Source of the DNA: Octopus bimaculoides
Lineage: Eukaryota
DNA: 40,850 nucleotides
Direction of reading: 5' to 3'
Assembly: GCF_001194135.2 (NCBI RefSeq)
Contig: NC_068987.1
Span: 69,851,919-69,892,768 of the forward strand
Every line of letters begins with the position of its first letter. The first letter of the stretch is position 1. The notes beneath the pieces are model-generated. The model ran no database searches, had not been told where the DNA came from, and was given only the letters and a program-made list of their open reading frames with translations. A program made the translations under genes and the position numbers. Shown here in pieces: positions 36,085 to 40,850 of this stretch.

Positions 36085-36720
36085 GGTGATGTACTGGCAG
36101 AAGTTGACTGTGGTAATTGTTCCGGTTGCCTACATTCTAAGTTCAAATCTTGTCAAGGTTAACTTGGATTTTCATAATTCCAGGATCGATAAAAGTTAGT
36201 ATGAGTTCTCTTTCCTCCTCTTGTTGGCACTCCGTCGCTTACGACGATATGGGTTCCAGTTGATCCGATCAACGGAACAGCCTGCTCGTGAAATTAACGT
36301 GCAAGTGGCTAAGCACTCCACAGACACGTGTACCCTTTACGTAGTTCTCGCGGATATTCAGCGTGACACAAAGTGTGACAAGGCTGACCCTTTGAATTAC
36401 AGGCACAACAGAAACAGGAAGTAAGAGTGAGAGAAAGTTGTGGTGGAAGAGTACAGCAGGGTTCGCCACCATCTCCTGCCGGAGCCTCGTTCAGCTTTAG
36501 GTGTTTTCGCTCAATAAACACTCAGAGCGCCCGGTCTGGGAATCGAAACCGCGATCGTATGTCCGCGAGTCCGCTACCCTAATCACTGGGCCATTGCGCC
36601 TCCACGATCGATAAAAGTAGGTACCAGTCAAATACTAAAAACAAAACAAAAAAAAAAATAAACAGTAGTTTCACCGATCGATCACCAAATTTGTAAAATT
36701 GTGCCTATGTTAGAAATCAA
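36085..36720 (+). mobile_element. Old SINE family B copy split by a family C insertion
   Basis: The 5' half ctggcagaag..aagttcaaatc..caggatcgataaaagt resumes at 36606 as gatcgataaaagtaggtaccag..aaattgtgcctatgttagaaat. Confidence 0.7.
36221..36605 (-). mobile_element. SINE family C copy 2, nested in a B element
   Basis: Reverse complement of 39667-40054 (about 93% identical by eye). 13-bp direct repeat GATCGATAAAAGT at 36184-36196 and 36606-36618. Confidence 0.95.
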
Positions 36721-37035
36721 TAGTGTTTACCCTCACTATCAATGTTCCTATACCACTTTCTTCTCCCCCTCTCTTATAATTACAACTACTGTAACGGGCC
36801 AACCAGGAATTCTCTATGTTGTTACCAAAATTGTTTGAAATAATTCTAGGAGCACACCGTAATATAACAGGCATAGTTAGAGCTCCTTTAATAATTCACA
36901 CAAATTCATCTCACGGGGAATATCCGACATCATATATGAAACTTTATATAAGAATATTTCATATACACTATGTAGAATTTGCTTATACGTCCTTGCAAAA
37001 CTGAAGTTTTCCACTGTAGATCAAACAGGATATAT

Positions 37036-37142
37036 AAATGAATGCGCCCTTTTAAAGCCTAGCCAAGCTCATGGGCCCGTTTTCCCGGTTTCAATGGCGC
37101 GTGTTCCTCAGCTGGATGGGACGCCAGTCCATCGCAGCGCTA
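37036..37142 (-). mobile_element. 3' end of a V-SINE-like element
   Basis: The minus strand reads gctgcgatggactggcgtcccatccagctg..gaaaccggg..gggccc..ttggct. The tgcgatggactggcgtcccatcc motif is recalled from V-SINE 3' regions (DANA/HE1/RUDI type); needs a Dfam/Repbase check. Confidence 0.5.
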
Positions 37143-37151
37143 GTCTCTCTC

Positions 37152-37195
<44 letters not shown>

Positions 37196-37475
37196 NNNNN
37201 NNNNNNNNNNNNNNNNNNNNNNNNNNNNNNNNNNNNNNNNNNNNNNNNNNNNNNNNNNNNNNNNNNNNNNNNNNNNNNNNNNNNNNNNNNNNNNNNNNNN
37301 NNNNNNNNNNNNNNNNNNNNNNNNNNNNNNNNNNNNNNNNNNNNNNNNNNNNNNNNNNNNNNNNNNNNNNNNNNNNNNNNNNNNNNNNNNNNNNNNNNNN
37401 NNNNNNNNNNNNNNNNNNNNNNNNNNNNNNNNNNNNNNNNNNNNNNNNNNNNNNNNNNNNNNNNNNNNNNNNNNN

Positions 37476-37527
<52 letters not shown>

Positions 37528-37550
37528 GTGTGTGTGTGTGTGTGTGTGTG
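37143..37550. repeat. (CT)n - gap - (GT)n
   Basis: Direct reading. Confidence 0.95.
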
Positions 37551-38429
37551 TAAGCTGTATGTGCGAGAGGAAATGCATGTACACGTGTGAGACGTGTATA
37601 TATTAGTATGTATGCAGGTGTCAGTTTGTGAATTTGTATATATGTAGGTGTGTAGAATCGTTTCAACCTACGCGGTTATCCTTTAGAGTCCGCATATAAG
37701 TAAGTATTTACATGCAGCTAGCAACCACGAATATGTATGAGAAAAACTATCTTGTAGTAAGACATGCGTGATGGTATTCAGCCTATGATTAAATTGAACA
37801 TCTTTCCTTTTTCTTTAAACAGACACCAGTTTCCTCTTAGCCTTGCATTTTTAATAACCATTAACAGATCGGATATATTTTCACTTGTTTTACAATCCTT
37901 TGCAATACATTTAAGATAAGCATATTTGACGTCATTTTTTATGTCACCGATACACTAGTTATAATAAGTCTTAAATGTTGAACAAAAGTATATATGTAAA
38001 TTGTGTTTTCAACACATAGACAATCCTCTTACACATACGAATATATACACGTGCATAAATAATATAGATGTATAAATATATTTAAATCGGGAGAAATTAG
38101 TGCTTTTGTGTGTAAATGAAGCCTTGATTTTATTTTCTCATTATCTCAAACGCTTCAGTTTTGTTCTTTTCAGTCTCTCACTATTATAAAATGTATATTT
38201 CATTTTTTCGCTTTTCAGTTTCTCATCGGACTTTGATTTTGAACATTTTTAGTCTTCATTTCAAGAATTCACCAAACATGAGACTAAAATGAGACTATTA
38301 CTTCCGCGGGGAAAGACTTCCTGAATGCACGAAGATTATCACCGGTGTTAAAAGATTGTATTATTAACTAAAAGCGGAGCTGGAATCGGTTGAAACGATA
38401 TACCGACGGAGAAAATTCCTGGCGATCAG

Positions 38430-38600
38430 GCTTTTCAGGCTCTTAAATGTCTCAGCGGAAATCCTATGGATGTCAGTTTTGACTGTCATCCTACTGGGGT
38501 CGAATCGATAAAGTAATGTACCAGCGAAATTCAGGGGTCGATATAATCAAGTATATCCTATTTCTAAACTCGAAACATTGTGCTTATATTAGAAATTATC
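38430..38600 (+). mobile_element. Old SINE family B copy
   Basis: tcatcctactggggtcgaatcgataaagtaatgtaccag..caggggtcgatataatcaag..ttgtgcttatattagaaatt. Confidence 0.65.
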
Positions 38601-39279
38601 ATTACAATACTGGCAAAGTGACTCTATAAACAGTATATCAATACTCTTTCGTGCTATTTATATATCTTTCCGTTTTGCTTAGTCAAAAGAAAATGAGCAG
38701 GAGCCGTAATACTTTTGTATACTTCCGTTACTTGTGTAAGTAAGAAAGCACAATTGATGAGTTACTCTTAAGCTAGGGATCTAGACCGAATGGTTGCAAT
38801 GTTACAAAATTCACCTAAGTGACTGCTGCTACTGATAAACCGATGGTGTGTTAAGTATTCCACCTTAATACTAATATAGTCCATCCTACATGTTTCAAAG
38901 ATTTTACGTGTCAGTCATAATCAAGACACTTGGGTTCCTGAAGACTAAGCCAGAAGATACACTGTCAGTAGTATTACACTTTTGGATAAAACCTGGGATT
39001 ATGCCGTCGGAAATATCCAAGCAGCCCGCTTTGCCTTTCTGTTCTTACTCATCGATAAGTGAGTCACTATATCACTCCCCATTTTTATGGATCGTGTTCA
39101 AACGAAAACTATCTTTCTTCATACAAAAGTGCCACCAAAGATCGAAGGTTCTGTATATACCAGACCAAGATAGTGGTAGATTTCCATTTGGAGACAATTA
39201 GTCAGTGTGATCCATTAATTTCTGCTAAATAAAAATTTAGATCACATTCTATCTTTTCAGTTCTTGTTTAGGGCGTAGC

Positions 39280-39530
39280 CAACCTTGGCTGAGCAGGTCC
39301 ATGATCAAAGATGTTGCAATCAGAATTAATTTGCATTTTCTTCTATTGGATGGTGTCTATGTTACCAAATTTTGCAATGCGTTCAGTAGAGAACGATTTG
39401 GGGGAAATTTGGCTGCTATTTCTAGCAGCTCGTGTCACCACATATAGGCCTCTATGTGCTGGTACTTAACAAAGAGCAGTACTGACACAATGTGATCCTA
39501 TGATCAGAATGTATTCTAGCCGTGACCAAT
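39280..39530. repeat. Old dispersed repeat (family D) with a CTGCTA-TTTC-TAGCAG hairpin
   Basis: 39395-39430 aligns to the reverse complement of 31048-31083 and weakly to 40082-40116. Confidence 0.45.
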
Positions 39531-39666
39531 GTGTATTTCTAAGACTATACTATCCCAGTGAGTATATTCCCACTTTTTAAGAAGACATCAGCTCCACGAG
39601 CATATGTCCTTGCTTTCAAACATAATGTATTTCTTTTCACATTATTTATTGTGTCCTTACTAGTTT

Positions 39667-40054
39667 GTGGAAGTGCAATCGCCCAGTGGTTAGGGCAGCG
39701 GACTCGCGGTCATAGAATCGCGGTTTCGATTCCCAGACCGGGCGTTCTGAGTATTTATTGAGCGAAAACACCTAAAGCTCCACGAGGCTCCGGCAAGAGA
39801 TGGTGGCGAACCCTGCTGTACTCTTCCACCACAACTTCCTCTCACTCTTACTTCCTGTTTCTGTTGTGCCTGTAATTCAAAGGGTCAGCCTTGTCTCAGT
39901 CTGTGTCACGCTGAATCTTCCCGAAAACTACGTTAAGGGTACACGTGTCTGTGGAGTGCTTAGCCACTTGCACGTTAATTTCACAAGCAGGCTGTTCCGT
40001 TGATCGGATCAACTGGAACCCTCGACGTCGTAAGCGACGGAGTGCCAACAACAA
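39667..40054 (+). mobile_element. SINE family C copy 3, full length, (CAA)n tail, 12-bp TSD
   Basis: CCTTACTAGTTT at 39655-39666 vs CCTTACCAGTTT at 40055-40066 (11/12); intact A and B boxes. Confidence 0.95.
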
Positions 40055-40850
40055 CCTTACCAGTTTAATTTGGTATGGAGTGATTTGAGAGAAGGGTATC
40101 TGTTATTCTTGCAGGTCTGGTGACTACATACCAGGTTTTTCTTCGATGGAATATATTAACTTTTAATATTTTCTTAATATCAATTAGATATATATGATCA
40201 CAACAGTCCAAAACTACCTGAAGCAGTTATAAATATTTTCTGTGAACCAGCTCGAAACGGATGAGATTTACGTATCTTAAGTCCAAATACAAACAATCAC
40301 ACAAGCATGGGATCAATGATTCATCTGGATAGCAGTTACAATCTTCTATAAAGGTGGGGCATTTTACCAATATTTTAGTCATGGAGGTAAATACAGTCCC
40401 CATGTCTTTTCAAGAGCTTATGAAATTGTTAGAAGAAGAAAGGACATTATACTCAAAACCTCAACCAGGATCGAAAACTTTCAACAGTGTTAGCTCCATT
40501 ATAGGCAACCCAAAAACTTTCCATAGATTAAATCTAATATCCAAAGAATCAGAATACAACCTTAAGGCCACATGCAGCAAGTCATCACTTCCGACGCTCC
40601 TAAAGTTTGCCATTTTACAACCTTGGACGAATAGTACTATATTTTATCGGCAGCGAAATAAGGAGAGTCAAAATTAGATTGCGAGAGATTTGTACTCAGA
40701 TTGCAGAGATCCGGAACAAGGAGGCTTTTAGGGGTGTCAACTCGTCACCTTCTTCGGGAGCGTTTACGCGTGAAAGTGTGTATGTGCGTGGTGCGTATAC
40801 TTGCATCTGTGTGTGCGCGCATGCTTATATATATATATATATATATATAT

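Noticed and set aside
36269-40003. Two near-identical 67-aa ORFs (MVANPAVLFHHNF...) as a duplicated small gene
   Set aside because: Both lie inside family C SINE copies; the similarity is repeat identity, and copy 1 does not preserve the ORF.
40354-40677. 107-aa ORF of normal complexity
   Set aside because: No recognisable motif on either strand and a GTG start. It cannot be supported without a BLASTX or RNA-seq check.

Overview
Non-coding, repeat-saturated animal DNA from a draft assembly; about 6.5 kb (about 16%) is N gaps, nearly all flanked by microsatellites. The SINE families and microsatellite density suggest a coleoid cephalopod, probably Octopus (inference, not verified by search). 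No intact protein-coding gene, rRNA or CRISPR array is supported. The window holds: (1) more than 20 copies or fragments of at least four tRNA-headed SINE types (A: CORE-like with an internal microsatellite; B: about 210 bp with an (ATT)n tail; C: about 385 bp; V-domain-like), several with clean target-site duplications, nested or in tandem trains; (2) three dead autonomous elements: an R4/Dong-like non-LTR reverse transcriptase relic (20.4-21.4 kb), a near full-length D,D34D mariner split by a SINE dimer (21.8-23.6 kb), and a hAT transposase fragment (25.76-26.02 kb); (3) many simple and compound microsatellites, including a roughly 4 kb mosaic of trinucleotide tracts. The least explained signal is at 25.1-26.5 kb. 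Two fold-back elements there share one architecture (long outer inverted arms, a shorter inner inverted pair, a central tRNA-sized unit) and a 16-nt motif, and they flank the hAT relic. In the second, the central unit is a recognisable tRNA-like cloverleaf with A box, B box and T5 run. All alignments were done by eye.
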